Source: an uncultured Hormoscilla sp. (lineage in GTDB: Bacteria; Cyanobacteriota; Cyanobacteriia; Cyanobacteriales; Desertifilaceae). Taken from it: a stretch of DNA of 64,000 nt. Positions 51,923 to 62,992 of this stretch are shown in pieces. Location of the stretch: contig OZ001293.3 in the NCBI GenBank assembly GCA_963921275.4, forward strand, positions 4,064,001 through 4,128,000. Reading direction: 5' to 3'. Numbering within the stretch: position 1 is the stretch's first letter; each line of letters begins with the position of its first letter. The translations under genes were made by a program, and so were the position numbers. The notes under the pieces were generated by a model. The model ran no database searches, was not told where the DNA came from, and saw only the letters and a list, made by a program, of their open reading frames with translations.

Positions 51923-54900
51923 ATGGCTTTCTCTGCAATTATTCGCGAAATCGGACGCTCTCAGTTGACGAAGGAACTGCTCAGAAAACTGGAACGGTCC
52001 GGGTGCCTGACTCTCCAGGGTATCCCCCGCTTCTCTAAAGGATTGGTGGCTTCCGCTTTGGCTCAGGCCCAGAAACGCCCTCTGTTCGTAGTTACTGCTA
52101 CTACCGAAGAAGCCAGTCGCTGGGTTACTCAACTGGAGGCGATGGCTTGGCAGACATGGCATTTTTATCCTACTTCGGAAGCTTCTCCCTATGAACCTTT
52201 TGACCCTGAGTCGGAAATGACTTGGGGTCAAATACAGGTCTTGGCTGATTTGGTCGCTAAATCGACTGCCCGGGAATATAATATAGCGATCGTCGCTACC
52301 GAGCGATCGCTCCAACCCCATCTTCCCCCACCTGATGCCCTTAAACCTTACTTTATTCCCCTACAACAGGGGATGTCTTTTGAGCAACAGACCCTCGATC
52401 ATCAACTCACTCAACTGGGTTACGATCGCGTACCCCTGGTGGAAACAGAAGGACAATGGAGTCGCCGAGGTGATATTGTTGATATCTTCCCCGTCGCTTC
52501 GGAATTGCCCGTGCGCTTGGAATGGTTTGGAGATGAACTCGAACAACTGCGGGAGTTTGACCCCAGCACTCAGCGATCGCTCGATTTTTCGCGCAGCGAT
52601 TTTTTGCGCAGCGATTTTTCGCGCAGCGATTTTTCGCGCAGCGATTTTTCGCGCAGCGATTTTTCGCGCAGCGATCACATTAACCAGCTAATCCTCACAC
52701 CCACGGATTTTGCTCCCATTATCAAGGCCCATCTCCAACAGGATGTAGAAGAATCAGAAGAGATCCGACGCTTTCTGGGACTAACTTTTCCCCAACCAGC
52801 TTCTTTACTCGACTACTTGCCCGATCGGACTTTAATTGCTATTGACGAACCCATCCAATCTGCTGCCCATAGCAATAGCTGGTTGGCCCAGGCAGAAGAA
52901 CAATGGTCCCTGGTGAATCGGGAAATATCCTTGCCGAAAATTCATCGTAATTTTGCGGAATCATTGGCAGCAGCAGTCCCATTCAAGCAATTACATTTAT
53001 CAGAACTGGGAACGGAAACCCTCCCGACTGAAGATACTATTAATCTGGCGACCCGCCCCGTGCCAGTTTTGCCCCATCAATTTGCTAAACTGGCCCAAAC
53101 TATTAGAGAACAAGTAGTTAAGCGCTTTTCTACTTTTGTCATCTCCGCCCAACCTTCCCGTTCCGTTGCCCTCTTGCAAGAACATGATTGTCCTGCCCAT
53201 TTCGTCCCTAACCCCCGGGACTATCCTGCCATCGATAAACTGCTATCAACGCATACCCCCATTGCCCTGAAATATTCAGGCGGGGCAGAACTGGAAGGAT
53301 TCCTTCTCCCCACCCTCCCCATGCTAGTGGTGACCGATCGGGAGTTCTACGGTCAGCATTCCCTAGCAACCCCTACCTACGTGCGCAAACGCCGTCGCGC
53401 TGCTTCCAAACAGGTGGACCCCAACAAGCTGCAACCGGGAGATTATGTCGTTCACCGCCATCATGGCATCGGCAAATTTATCAAGCTAGAAAACCTGACG
53501 ATTAATAATGAAACCCGCGAGTATCTGGCGATCGAATATGCCGATGGTTTGCTGCGGGTGGCAGCCGACCAGTTGGGGACTTTGTCCCGGTTTAGAACTG
53601 CTGCTGGCCAGAAACCCCAATTGCATAAGTTAACTGGCAAAACCTGGGAGAAGACTAAGAATAAAGTTTGGAAAAATGTCAAGAAACTGGCAGTTGACTT
53701 GATCGGACTTTACGCCCAGCGATCGCAGCAAACGGGATTTGCCTATCCCGAAGATTCTCCCTGGCAAAAGGAATTAGAAGAATCTTTTCCCTATCAACCC
53801 ACCCCCGACCAGTTGAAGGCCACTCAAGATGTCAAACGGGATCTGGAGTCTCCACGACCGATGGACAGATTGGTTTGCGGTGATGTGGGTTTCGGGAAAA
53901 CGGAAGTGGCCATTAGATGCATCTTCAAAGCCGTTACCGCCGGCAAGCAGGTGGCTTTACTTGCCCCGACCACTATCCTCACTCAACAACATTATCATAC
54001 CCTGAAAGAACGCTTTGCTCCCTACCCCATTCATGTGGGTTTACTCAACCGCTTCCGCACCCCTGAGGAACGCCGGGAAATCCAAAAGCGACTGGCTACG
54101 GGGGAATTAGATGTGGTGGTGGGCACTCAAGCAATTCTCAGTAAGGATGTGAAATTCCGGGATTTAGGCTTGTTGGTAGTTGATGAAGAACAGCGTTTTG
54201 GTGTTAATCATAAGGAAAAGATTAAAGCCATGAAAACTCAGGTGGATGTCCTGACTCTCTCCGCCACCCCTATTCCTCGTACTCTTTATATGTCCCTGTC
54301 TGGCGTCCGGGAAATGAGTCTGATTACTATTCCTCCCCCCGGGCGCCGGTCGATTAAAACTCATCTTTTACCCTATGATAAAGATGCCGTCAAAACTGCT
54401 ATTCGTCAAGAGTTGGATCGCGGCGGTCAAGTTTTTTATGTCGTCCCCCGCATCGAGGGCATTGAAGAAATTAGCAGTAAACTCCGGGAGATGATTCCTG
54501 GGGCCCGAATGGCGATCGCCCACGGGCAAATGCCGGACAATGAGTTAGAAACTATCATGCTGAGATTCAGCAGCGGCGAAGCAGATATCATGGTCTGCAC
54601 TACCATTATCGAATCTGGCTTAGATATCCCCAGGGTGAACACGATCTTGATTGAAGATGCCCAACTATTCGGCCTTGCTCAACTCTACCAATTGCGGGGA
54701 CGTGTGGGACGGGCTGGCATTCAAGCTCATGCTTGGCTATTTTACCCCTATGAGAAACTATCAGATGTGGCCCGCAAGCGCTTACGGGCGATTCAGGAAT
54801 TTACTCAACTGGGTTCCGGTTATCAGTTAGCAATTCGGGATATGGAAATTCGCGGCGTTGGCAATCTCTTGGGCGTCGAACAGTCCGGACAGATGGACGC

Positions 54901-55426
54901 CATCGGCTTTGATTTATATATGGAAATGCTGCAAGAGGCCATCCGCGAAATTCAAGGACAAAAAATTACTCAAGTTGATGATACTCAAATTGATCTCAGT
55001 CTCACGGCCTTTATCCCTGCTAATTATATCCCCGATCTGGAACAGAAAATGAGTGCTTATCGCGCTGTGGCCTCTGCCAGTTCCCGCACTGAGTTGACCC
55101 AAATTGCCGCTGGTTGGAGCGATCGCTACGGTACCATTCCCGCCCCGGCCCAGCAACTATTGCGGGTGATGACAGTCAAGCAGGTGGCTAAATCCCTCGG
55201 TTTCTCTCGCATTAAACCCGAGGGAAAACAGCATGTCGCTATGGAAACGCCCATGGAGGAACCGGCCTGGAATTTACTTAAAGAAAAGCTGCCAACACAT
55301 TTGCGATCGCGCTTTGTCTACAGCAAGAGTAAAGTCACCGTTCGCGGTTTAGCTGTTCTCCCTGCTGACAAGCAACTGGAAAACCTGATTGACTGGTTGG
55401 GTAAGATGCAAGGGGCTTTGCCTTGA
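51923..55426 (+). CDS. mfd: Transcription-repair coupling factor Mfd
   Basis: [70 protein letters not shown]. Confidence 0.97.
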   Translation: MAFSAIIREIGRSQLTKELLRKLERSGCLTLQGIPRFSKGLVASALAQAQKRPLFVVTATTEEASRWVTQLEAMAWQTWHFYPTSEASPYEPFDPESEMTWGQIQVLADLVAKSTAREYNIAIVATERSLQPHLPPPDALKPYFIPLQQGMSFEQQTLDHQLTQLGYDRVPLVETEGQWSRRGDIVDIFPVASELPVRLEWFGDELEQLREFDPSTQRSLDFSRSDFLRSDFSRSDFSRSDFSRSDFSRSDHINQLILTPTDFAPIIKAHLQQDVEESEEIRRFLGLTFPQPASLLDYLPDRTLIAIDEPIQSAAHSNSWLAQAEEQWSLVNREISLPKIHRNFAESLAAAVPFKQLHLSELGTETLPTEDTINLATRPVPVLPHQFAKLAQTIREQVVKRFSTFVISAQPSRSVALLQEHDCPAHFVPNPRDYPAIDKLLSTHTPIALKYSGGAELEGFLLPTLPMLVVTDREFYGQHSLATPTYVRKRRRAASKQVDPNKLQPGDYVVHRHHGIGKFIKLENLTINNETREYLAIEYADGLLRVAADQLGTLSRFRTAAGQKPQLHKLTGKTWEKTKNKVWKNVKKLAVDLIGLYAQRSQQTGFAYPEDSPWQKELEESFPYQPTPDQLKATQDVKRDLESPRPMDRLVCGDVGFGKTEVAIRCIFKAVTAGKQVALLAPTTILTQQHYHTLKERFAPYPIHVGLLNRFRTPEERREIQKRLATGELDVVVGTQAILSKDVKFRDLGLLVVDEEQRFGVNHKEKIKAMKTQVDVLTLSATPIPRTLYMSLSGVREMSLITIPPPGRRSIKTHLLPYDKDAVKTAIRQELDRGGQVFYVVPRIEGIEEISSKLREMIPGARMAIAHGQMPDNELETIMLRFSSGEADIMVCTTIIESGLDIPRVNTILIEDAQLFGLAQLYQLRGRVGRAGIQAHAWLFYPYEKLSDVARKRLRAIQEFTQLGSGYQLAIRDMEIRGVGNLLGVEQSGQMDAIGFDLYMEMLQEAIREIQGQKITQVDDTQIDLSLTAFIPANYIPDLEQKMSAYRAVASASSRTELTQIAAGWSDRYGTIPAPAQQLLRVMTVKQVAKSLGFSRIKPEGKQHVAMETPMEEPAWNLLKEKLPTHLRSRFVYSKSKVTVRGLAVLPADKQLENLIDWLGKMQGALP
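52582..52676 (+). repeat. 15-bp in-frame tandem repeat x6 (CGATTTTTCGCGCAG) inside mfd
   Basis: Encodes (DFSRS)x6 with one DFLRS variant, directly after a HIP1 site. Confidence 0.95.
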
Positions 55427-55943
55427 CAATTAGTGAATATTGACATCTTGCTAGGCCGGGTACGTTTCCAGGCGGGAACATTGCGGGAACATTTCCCGAA
55501 CCCTAAAGGGCCCGGCTACACGAACAAAGCCCGCCTGCGCGGGCTAAATTACAAAAGTGAGATGCGCCCAGGAACTCGGCTTTATGATGCAAGGGGCTTT
55601 GCCTTGACAATTAGTGAATATTGACATCTTGCTAGGCCGGGTACGTTTCCAGGCGGGAACATTGCGGGAACATTTCCCGAACCCTAAAGGGCCCGGCTAC
55701 ACGAACAAAGCCCGCCTGCGCGGGCTAAATTACAAAAGTGAGATGCGCCCAGGAACTCGGCTTTATGATGCAAGGGGCTTTGCCTTGACAATTAGTGAAT
55801 ATTGACATCTTGCTAGGCCGGGTACGTTTCCAGGCGGGAACATTGCGGGAACATTTCCCGAACCCTAAAGGGCCCGGCTACACGAACAAAGCCCGCCTGC
55901 GCGGGCTAAATTACAAAAGTGAGATGCGCCCAGGAACTCGGCT
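55405..55943. repeat. 181-bp tandem repeat x3 including the last mfd codons
   Basis: Units begin at 55405, 55586 and 55767 (GATGCAAGGGGCTTTGCCTTGA...). Confidence 0.95.
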
Positions 55944-56614
55944 TATGTCGATTAAAACAGACTAATGACATAATGCCGTGCCTCCGTTAAGAGTTTCCCA
56001 CTAATACAACTACTTTTGACCACACCCCCTGGAAACCGACATCTCTTCTGGGCAATCCTGTGAATTGAGGTAAATTTTATAGAAGTAAATACTTGTAAAT
56101 TTCTGGTAATATCGTGAACCAACCACGCTGCCAGTACATAACCGATGTGGGCGATTGCCAGGGCGATCGAGAAGCTAACAGCATTCCAGCACGATGTCCA
56201 GCATAGTCCAATGACGTATAAGTCTTTATTTTTATACCATAGCTGAGACCTGAATGCAAGCATCTCTTAGGTAAATTTTGCCAAAATCCGCTGCTAAAAA
56301 GCCCTAAAATCCAGATATAGCAATATTTTTACCAATATTTACCAACCTGGCACTTAAGCATTCGGTGAGGCCACTGGTCAGTGACCGGTGACCAGTGGTC
56401 AGACGCACGTCGCTGGTAAGTTATGGGAGCAAACCTGCACTAGAACATGGCTTGCACTGGCGATCGCACCTTTGGGCCAGGGGCCGATCGCGCAGCTATG
56501 TACCGGCGTCTGGCTGTGCTTATCTTGGAACAAGACCTGTCGCGACTATCTTGGTGTTGCGGACAACTATTGTGATATGATTGTCCGAAGAGCATACCAG
56601 GAGTAATAGCCAAG

Positions 56615-57376
56615 ATGAAGTCAATCCGATTTTTGCTTTTATCTTTTCTTGTCGGACTATTGATTATAGTAGTAGTTTCCTGCGCTAAATCAATTAGTCC
56701 GAAAGCAGCTGACTGGGGTTATAATGGGCCTGCTGGACCTAGTAACTGGGGAGAGTTAAGCTCAGAATTTGCCACCTGCCAACAAGGAAAGCAGCAGTCT
56801 CCCGTTGATATCAAGTCAACTACGAGTGCTAACTTGCCGCCGATTGAATTTAATTACAAGTATACCCCGTTTAAGGTGATCAACAATGGTCACACATTGC
56901 AGGTAGAATACGAACCAGGGAGTTCAATCAAGATCGGAGGGAAGCGGTACGAACTGCTTCAGTTTCATTTTCACGCACCCAGCGAACATAGTATTGACGG
57001 CAAAACCTATCCAATCGAAGCACACCTGGTTCACAAAAGTCAAGATGGTGAACTTGCTGTGCTGGGGATTTTCATGCAGTCGGGGCGGGAAAACAGTTTT
57101 ATTCAAGCCCTGTGGTCTAATTTACCAGAAGAACAAGGAGAAAACCAAGTCAGAGGTATTAGCGTTAATGCTAGCGCTATGCCACCAGTTAACAAGTCTT
57201 ATTACAATTATCCGGGCTCATTGACGACCCCTCCTTGTAGCGAAGGAGTTAATTGGATTGTGTTTAAAACCCCGATCGAGGTTTCCCCAGGGCAGATTGA
57301 CGCATTCAAGTCAATTTATAATGGAAATGCGCGACCAGTTCAGCCCCTGAATGGCAGGAATATTCAGGATAATTGA
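56615..57376 (+). CDS. Alpha-class carbonic anhydrase, predicted lipoprotein
   Basis: WGY, QQSPVDI, NNGHT, QFHFHAPSEH, EAHLVH, GSLTTPPCSEGV, NARPVQPLNGR; signal peptide ending VVSC. Confidence 0.95.
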   Translation: MKSIRFLLLSFLVGLLIIVVVSCAKSISPKAADWGYNGPAGPSNWGELSSEFATCQQGKQQSPVDIKSTTSANLPPIEFNYKYTPFKVINNGHTLQVEYEPGSSIKIGGKRYELLQFHFHAPSEHSIDGKTYPIEAHLVHKSQDGELAVLGIFMQSGRENSFIQALWSNLPEEQGENQVRGISVNASAMPPVNKSYYNYPGSLTTPPCSEGVNWIVFKTPIEVSPGQIDAFKSIYNGNARPVQPLNGRNIQDN

Positions 57377-57889
57377 AATGCGATCCATTTCGGTATTGCT
57401 GCGGAGAACTCTGCCATTTATTCTGGGGTGAAATCACTATAATGAGTAATTGAACTGATCGTGTCCGAGAGCACCACCCTATCACACTTTGTGCGATAGG
57501 GTGGTGTCTCTGGACACGATCCCAAGGTCCCGGGTAGACTGGGTACAACAGGATGAGCTCGGGGCCAGATCTGACTATTGTCATCTGTGACAACTGGCGT
57601 AGCACTTGCGTAACTACTCGAGCGATCGTACTAAATACCGTCGCGCCAGTGTAACGACAATATGATTACATAGCGTAGGCATATTGGAATGCCCACCAGA
57701 TCAGGAAGGCGATGCCTCCCAATACTAGGATAGCAGAGATGGCGACTGCTTTCGGGCTATCAGCGCCCTTGAACTTCATGATGCCACGGTTTAAGTCTGA
57801 CATTTTGTTCTCCTCTGTGCGAAAATACAATTGCGATTACATCTGGGGCTGTTATTGCCATATTATTTATAGCTTAGGTGAGCTTGAAT

Positions 57890-58908
57890 GTGAAAATTGC
57901 ACTGATTGTTTTAATAATTGCGATCGGATTGCTGGTAGCCCTAGAGGTAGCCCTGCGGTTGCTGTTTGGCAAAGCCAATCCCCTGATTTATGTTGCTGAT
58001 GAACAAATTGGATATTTGCTGGCACCGGAGCAGCGGACTCGCAGGTTTGGCGGCGTCTTCCGCATACTCTTGTCCTGAAGGACACGGCTGGCGCCGCGCT
58101 GCCGCGAACGGCATGCTCCAGACACCGCCGTCGCATCCAGATTAATCAATTTTATCAGCGCAGTCAAGCTATATCCTCAAAACGGGAACCCTCTACCCTG
58201 CGGGTGTTGCTGCTGGGAGATTCGATCGCCAATGGGGGTTGGTGGACGGACCAGGATAAGACAATTTCTTCTATGATAACACGCCAGCTGACAGAAACAG
58301 GGGATATGCTCTATACTAAAGTGGAAGTTCTCAATGCTTCGGCCAATTCCTGGGCACCGCGCAATGAATTGGCCTATTTACAGCGGTTTGGTACTTTTGA
58401 GTCTCAGGCGGTGGTGTTGCTGCTGAATACTGATGACTTGTTTGGTACTGCGCCTACTTCTGTCCCGGTAGGACGCGATCGCTACTATCCCAGTCGCAAA
58501 CCCCCCTTAGGCATTATAGAAGCTTACACCCGCTTGCTGCTGCCCTACAAGCCCCCGCCGGAAATGGCCGCAGTTAATGCCGAAAAGGGCGATCGGGTGG
58601 GTTTCAATTTAGAAGCAATTGCTAAAATCCAGGAAATTACAACTGTTGCTGGGGCGAAATTCCTCCTAGTCATGACCCCTCTCTTGCGGGAAGTTGGCGC
58701 ACCTGAACCCCGCAATTATGAAATTAAAGCCCGATCGCGACTATTGGAACTTACTTCATCGCAGGGAATAGAATACATTGACTTTTTGCCGATTTTCAAG
58801 GATGCCGAAAACTCTGAATCATTGTATCGCGATCATATTCATCTAAGTCCCGCAGGTAACCAGATGGTGAGTCAAACTATATGCTATGCTATTCGTAGGT
58901 TTGGTTGA
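57890..58908 (+). pseudogene. SGNH/GDSL hydrolase disrupted by a palindromic insertion
   Basis: N-terminal anchor ...RTRRFG, insertion 58049-58129 with stop and frame change, then RRIQIN...LLLGDS...DHIHLS. Confidence 0.85.
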
Positions 58909-58931
58909 CGTTAGGAAACCAAACCAGCGAT

Positions 58932-59503
58932 AAACCAAGGACAAACCTGTTGGGTTTCTGGACGAAACCCAACGCAAGCGCTCTTACTACAAACCAAGGA
59001 CAAACCTGTTGGGTTTCTGGACGAAACCCAACGCAAGCGCTCTTACTACAAACCAAAGACAAACCTGTTGGGTTTCTGGACGAAACCCAATGCAAGCGCT
59101 AAAGCGCTTACTACAAACCAAGGACAAACCTGTTGGGTTTCTGGACGAAACCCAACGCAAGCGCTCTTACTACAAACCAAGGACAAACCTGTTGGGTTTC
59201 TGGACGAAACCTAACGCAAGCGCTAAAGCGCTTACTACAAACCAAGGACAAACCTGTTGGGTTTCTGGACGAAACCCAATGCAAGCGCTAAAGCGCTTAC
59301 TGCAAACCAAGGACAAACCTGTTGAGTTTCTGGACGAAACCCAACGCAAGGGCTAAAGCGCTTACTACAAACCAAGGACAAATATGTTGGGTTTCTGGAC
59401 GAAACCCAACGCAAGGGCTAAAGCGCTTACTACAAACCAAGGACAAACCTGTTGAGTTTCTGGACGAAACCCAACGCAAGGGCTAAAGCGCTTACTACAA
59501 ACC
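58932..59503. repeat. Tandem array of nine 59/65-bp hairpin units
   Basis: Units start 58932, 58991, 59050, 59115, 59174, 59239, 59304, 59369, 59434; each has GTTGGGTTTC-TGGAC-GAAACCCAAC or a near-identical variant. Confidence 0.95.
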
Positions 59504-59628
59504 TATGGAATATGAAGAATCTGCGAGTTTTACTAATCGGCGGTTATGCAGCAATGCTGGCGTATTGCACCCATCTATTATCTCAAAATTTGACTGGCAA
59601 TTCCCAGGTGGCTAAAGCAGAAGCGACT

Positions 59629-59722
59629 CCAGTCATGATTCGGTTCAGGGAGCTAATCTACACAACAGACTTGTCAAAGTGTGTTTGAGTCCTCTTCCAC
59701 CAGACTAATCCTAGCATACAAG
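59629..59722 (-). mobile_element. Orphan IS110 left-end remnant
   Basis: Minus strand CT-TGTATGCTAGG... then GAG.ACTCAAACAC and AAGTCTGTTGTGTAGATTAGCTCCCTG shared with 36359-36470. Confidence 0.75.
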
Positions 59723-59973
59723 GGGCACGGCAGAGCGTAGATTATCGGTGATGATGTAAAAGGTAACAGCTGCCGTGTCCCGGGGCGATCGCAAATGTGA
59801 TTTCGGGACAGGGCATCATTATCGGCTATGATGAGGAAGGAGACAAACAGGCTGCTTTGTGCCCCGGCGCAAGGCGATAGCCAATAGGTGGTCGCAGCAG
59901 GCAGATGAGAGATTGAGGTGCAAGATGAGAGGAAAGGAGACAGGAGGTGATGTATAATGCCAGGAAGTGAAGT

Positions 59974-61083
59974 ATGGCAATAGAGGTCAGCCACGTGGTT
60001 CAAGCACCATTATCAACATTAACAGAAAGCTCTGTTAGCACAGCCAAAGGCGAGTCATTGCGAACGCGCTGCGCGCGCCTAGCTCAAGAGATAATAGCAG
60101 GAAAGCGCCTAGACAGAGAAGAGGCGATCGCCCTGACGGAGATAGCAGGAGAAGAAAACATCTTAGAGCTGTGTGCAGCAGCCGACGTTGTGAGGCAAGC
60201 ATGCTGCGGGAATAAGGTAGACTTGTGCAGCATCGTGAATATAAAATCAGGGAATTGCTCGGAGAACTGTAGCTTCTGCGCCCAGTCAGCCCATCATCCA
60301 GGAGAGGGTTCGCCCATATACGGACTCAAACCCACCGCAGAAATAGTCGCCCAAGGGAAAGCAGCAGCAGCAGCCGGTGCCAAGAGATTTTGCCTGGTAA
60401 GTCAGGGACGGGGACCAAAATATAATAGCCCCAAATCAGGAGAATTCGAGCGCATACTGGAGGCAGTGGGGCAGATCATGGCCCAAACAGATATTAAACC
60501 CTGCTGCGCCCTGGGAGAAGTGACAGCTTCACAGGCCCAAGCCCTAGCAGCAGCAGGGGTGACCCGCTATAACCATAATCTAGAGTCCTCGGAGAACTTT
60601 TTCGGGAACGTCGCCACCAGTCATAGTTGGCGCGATCGGGTAGAAACCATCAAGCAGGTGAAAGCCGCAGGGATGCAAGCCTGCACGGGGGGGATAATAG
60701 GCATGGGAGAAAGCTGGTCAGACCGGGTGGAAATGGCCTTAGCCTTGCGAGAATTAGAAGTAGAATCAGTACCCCTGAACCTGCTGAATGCCCGACCCGG
60801 AACCCCCATGGGCGATCGGCCCCGGATGGATCCCTATGAGGCCCTCAAGGCGATCGCAATCTTCCGACTGATGCTGCCCGAGCAGATCATCCGCTATGCT
60901 GGAGGACGAGAAGCGGTCATGGGCGAACTGCAAGCATTAGGATTAAAAGCAGGCATCAACGCCATGTTAATCGGTCACTACCTGACCACCCTAGGTCAAC
61001 CCCCCGAACAAGACCACGCCATGCTGGAATCCTTAGGACTCCAAGGCGGAGAAGCCCCCATTCCAGGGCTGTATAAAGTATAA
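59974..61083 (+). CDS. bioB: Biotin synthase
   Basis: CSENCSFC radical SAM motif, YNHNLE, CTGGIIGMGE, SVPLN, IRYAGGRE. Confidence 0.96.
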   Translation: MAIEVSHVVQAPLSTLTESSVSTAKGESLRTRCARLAQEIIAGKRLDREEAIALTEIAGEENILELCAAADVVRQACCGNKVDLCSIVNIKSGNCSENCSFCAQSAHHPGEGSPIYGLKPTAEIVAQGKAAAAAGAKRFCLVSQGRGPKYNSPKSGEFERILEAVGQIMAQTDIKPCCALGEVTASQAQALAAAGVTRYNHNLESSENFFGNVATSHSWRDRVETIKQVKAAGMQACTGGIIGMGESWSDRVEMALALRELEVESVPLNLLNARPGTPMGDRPRMDPYEALKAIAIFRLMLPEQIIRYAGGREAVMGELQALGLKAGINAMLIGHYLTTLGQPPEQDHAMLESLGLQGGEAPIPGLYKV

Positions 61084-61103
61084 AGTCAGCAGCTTATGTA
61101 GGG

Positions 61104-61293
61104 TAGAATGTCACGCTCGTTAAGTCGAAGAATACTCATATCTGTCATTGCGAGGGGGGCTCGAAGGAGTTAACTTGTGTTGTAGTCTGATTAACCCCCC
61201 CGTAGCGCTACGGGGGGTCTACCGATGGTGCTCCCACAAAGTCGGTTTGGGTTCCCCCCCTCGCAATGACACCTTAATGAGCGTGACATTCTA
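61104..61293. repeat. 190-bp nested palindromic MITE-like element
   Basis: TAGAATGTCACGCTC.TTAAG / CTTAA.GAGCGTGACATTCTA outer IR enclosing the TGTCATTGCGAGGGGGG IR. Confidence 0.8.
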
Positions 61294-61330
61294 TTACGCT
61301 TTAACCTTCATCATTCACCATTGACCATTA

Positions 61331-61915
61331 GTGATTGCTCCCACAGAAATACTTTGGGCCTTGATAGGCTTAATCCTAACGATCAGCGGCACCTTTATAG
61401 AAGCATTGATCGCGACTCCGACCTGGAGTTGGAGTCAGCATGGCATAGCAATTCGGTCCCTAGAAGTATCCTATCAGGTAGGAGGAGTGCTGCTAGTGAG
61501 CTGTGTAGGAGGGAAAAATGCCGGAGCCTTATCGCAAATAGCCTATTTAACATTAGGGTTAACGTGGCTACCAGTATTTTCACAGGGAGGAGGCTTCAAC
61601 TATTTCCAGCAGCCTAGCTTTGGCTACTTAGTGGGATTCATTCCCGGGGCCTGGGTATGTGGGTTCCTAGCATTTCAGGGACGACCGCGACTAGAGACAC
61701 TGGCATTTAGTTGTGTCTGCGGCCTAGCGTGCATTCATCTCGTCGGCCTCAGCTATCTACTGGTGACTCACCTGTTTAACTGGGCACCGGGAGCGACAAT
61801 ACCCCTAATGGATGCTACTCTCAAATATTCTGTATATCATCTGAGAGGGCAGTTAGCAGTAGCCTGTGCTGCAACGGTTCTGGCTTTTGTCCTGCGGAAA
61901 ATATTGCTCTATTGA
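61331..61915 (+). CDS. bioY: Biotin transporter BioY
   Basis: SQIAYLTLGL..LPVFSQGGG..Y..QPSFGYLVGF; adjacent to bioB. Confidence 0.92.
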   Translation: MIAPTEILWALIGLILTISGTFIEALIATPTWSWSQHGIAIRSLEVSYQVGGVLLVSCVGGKNAGALSQIAYLTLGLTWLPVFSQGGGFNYFQQPSFGYLVGFIPGAWVCGFLAFQGRPRLETLAFSCVCGLACIHLVGLSYLLVTHLFNWAPGATIPLMDATLKYSVYHLRGQLAVACAATVLAFVLRKILLY

Positions 61916-62003
61916 AAGTTGTCAGTTGTCAGAGGATAGTAGTCAGAGGATAGTAGTCAGTTGTCAGTTGGGAATTTGGAATTGGGAATTTGTCAGTTGT
62001 TAA

Positions 62004-62474
62004 ATGAGAATTAAGAACCGCTTTTTCTGGGCGATCGCCCTCGGCAGTCTAATTTTAGACCATCTAACCAAATTTTGGGTAGTAGGAAACTTCGCGCTGA
62101 GAGAAAGTTGGCCAGTATGGTCGGGGGTGTTTCACCTCACCTATGTCAGAAATACCGGTGCCGCCTTTAGCCTATTTAGTGATAACGGCTGGTGGTTGCG
62201 CTGGCTGTCCTTGGGGGTAAGCTTAGGCTTAATGGCACTGGCCTGGTACGGACCCAAGATGAACCGTTGGGAACAATCAGGCTATGGTTTCATCTTAGGT
62301 GGTGCCCTAGGAAATGGCATCGATCGCTTTGTTGCCAGTTACGTCGTAGATTTTCTAGATTTTCGACTGATTCGATTCCCCGTGTTCAATTTAGCAGATG
62401 TGTTCATTAATGTGGGTATTATTTGTCTATTGATTGCTGGTTTTAGCCATACCGGCCCTGACTATCCGGGTTAG
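62004..62474 (+). CDS. lspA: Lipoprotein signal peptidase II
   Basis: DHLTK, NTGAAFS, GGALGNGIDR, VVDF, FPVFNLAD. Confidence 0.96.
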   Translation: MRIKNRFFWAIALGSLILDHLTKFWVVGNFALRESWPVWSGVFHLTYVRNTGAAFSLFSDNGWWLRWLSLGVSLGLMALAWYGPKMNRWEQSGYGFILGGALGNGIDRFVASYVVDFLDFRLIRFPVFNLADVFINVGIICLLIAGFSHTGPDYPG

Positions 62475-62992
62475 ACACGGAAAATGATAGTCTGAAAAAT
62501 TACCTGGCAGCTAACAGTGAGGCTACGATGCCTTCCGGACGCATGGCGAAAACCCGGAAGGCATCGCAAAGTAATTAGATTACAGAATATAATGTATGTC
62601 AATAAAAAAACTAAGATTATAGGAAGCTGCCAATATAGCATTTCTCAGATAGATGCGATCTGATATTAGATAGATGAGGACGGGTGAATTGCAGATATCA
62701 TAAGGGTTGAGCGCGATTTGATCGGAGAACGCACGGGCTCCAGAGAAATGCTATAAAACGATCTCCGAAACTATCATTGTCAGCAAGGGGAAATGCCATT
62801 AATGTTAAGTAGTTGTGCCAAATGATTTTTATATTTGTGGCCGAGGTGATAGAGCAGGAAAATTAGAGCTGAAAGCATTACCCCATAAAGATTTCAGCGA
62901 TTTAAATTCTCGAAAATTTACGGCTGGGAAAAAATATCAAAATAATGCAAGCCTATGTACTTAATCGCCGCCGCCAAGGGTAAGTAAAGCCT

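Noticed and set aside
52335..52691. (IFRAA)n and (KIAAR)n ORFs
   Set aside because: Alternate frames of the 15-bp repeat inside mfd
55433..55805. Two identical 63-aa ORFs as tandem peptide genes
   Set aside because: By-products of the 181-bp DNA repeat; no recognisable motif
55952..56263. Fatty acid desaturase fragment
   Set aside because: Only a vague hydrophobic stretch with a single His; cannot be supported without a search
58889..59479. Repetitive small ORFs as RiPP precursors
   Set aside because: Translations of a palindromic DNA array whose units are not multiples of 3
58932..59503. CRISPR array
   Set aside because: Units are near-identical over their whole length with no unique spacers, and there are no cas genes in the window
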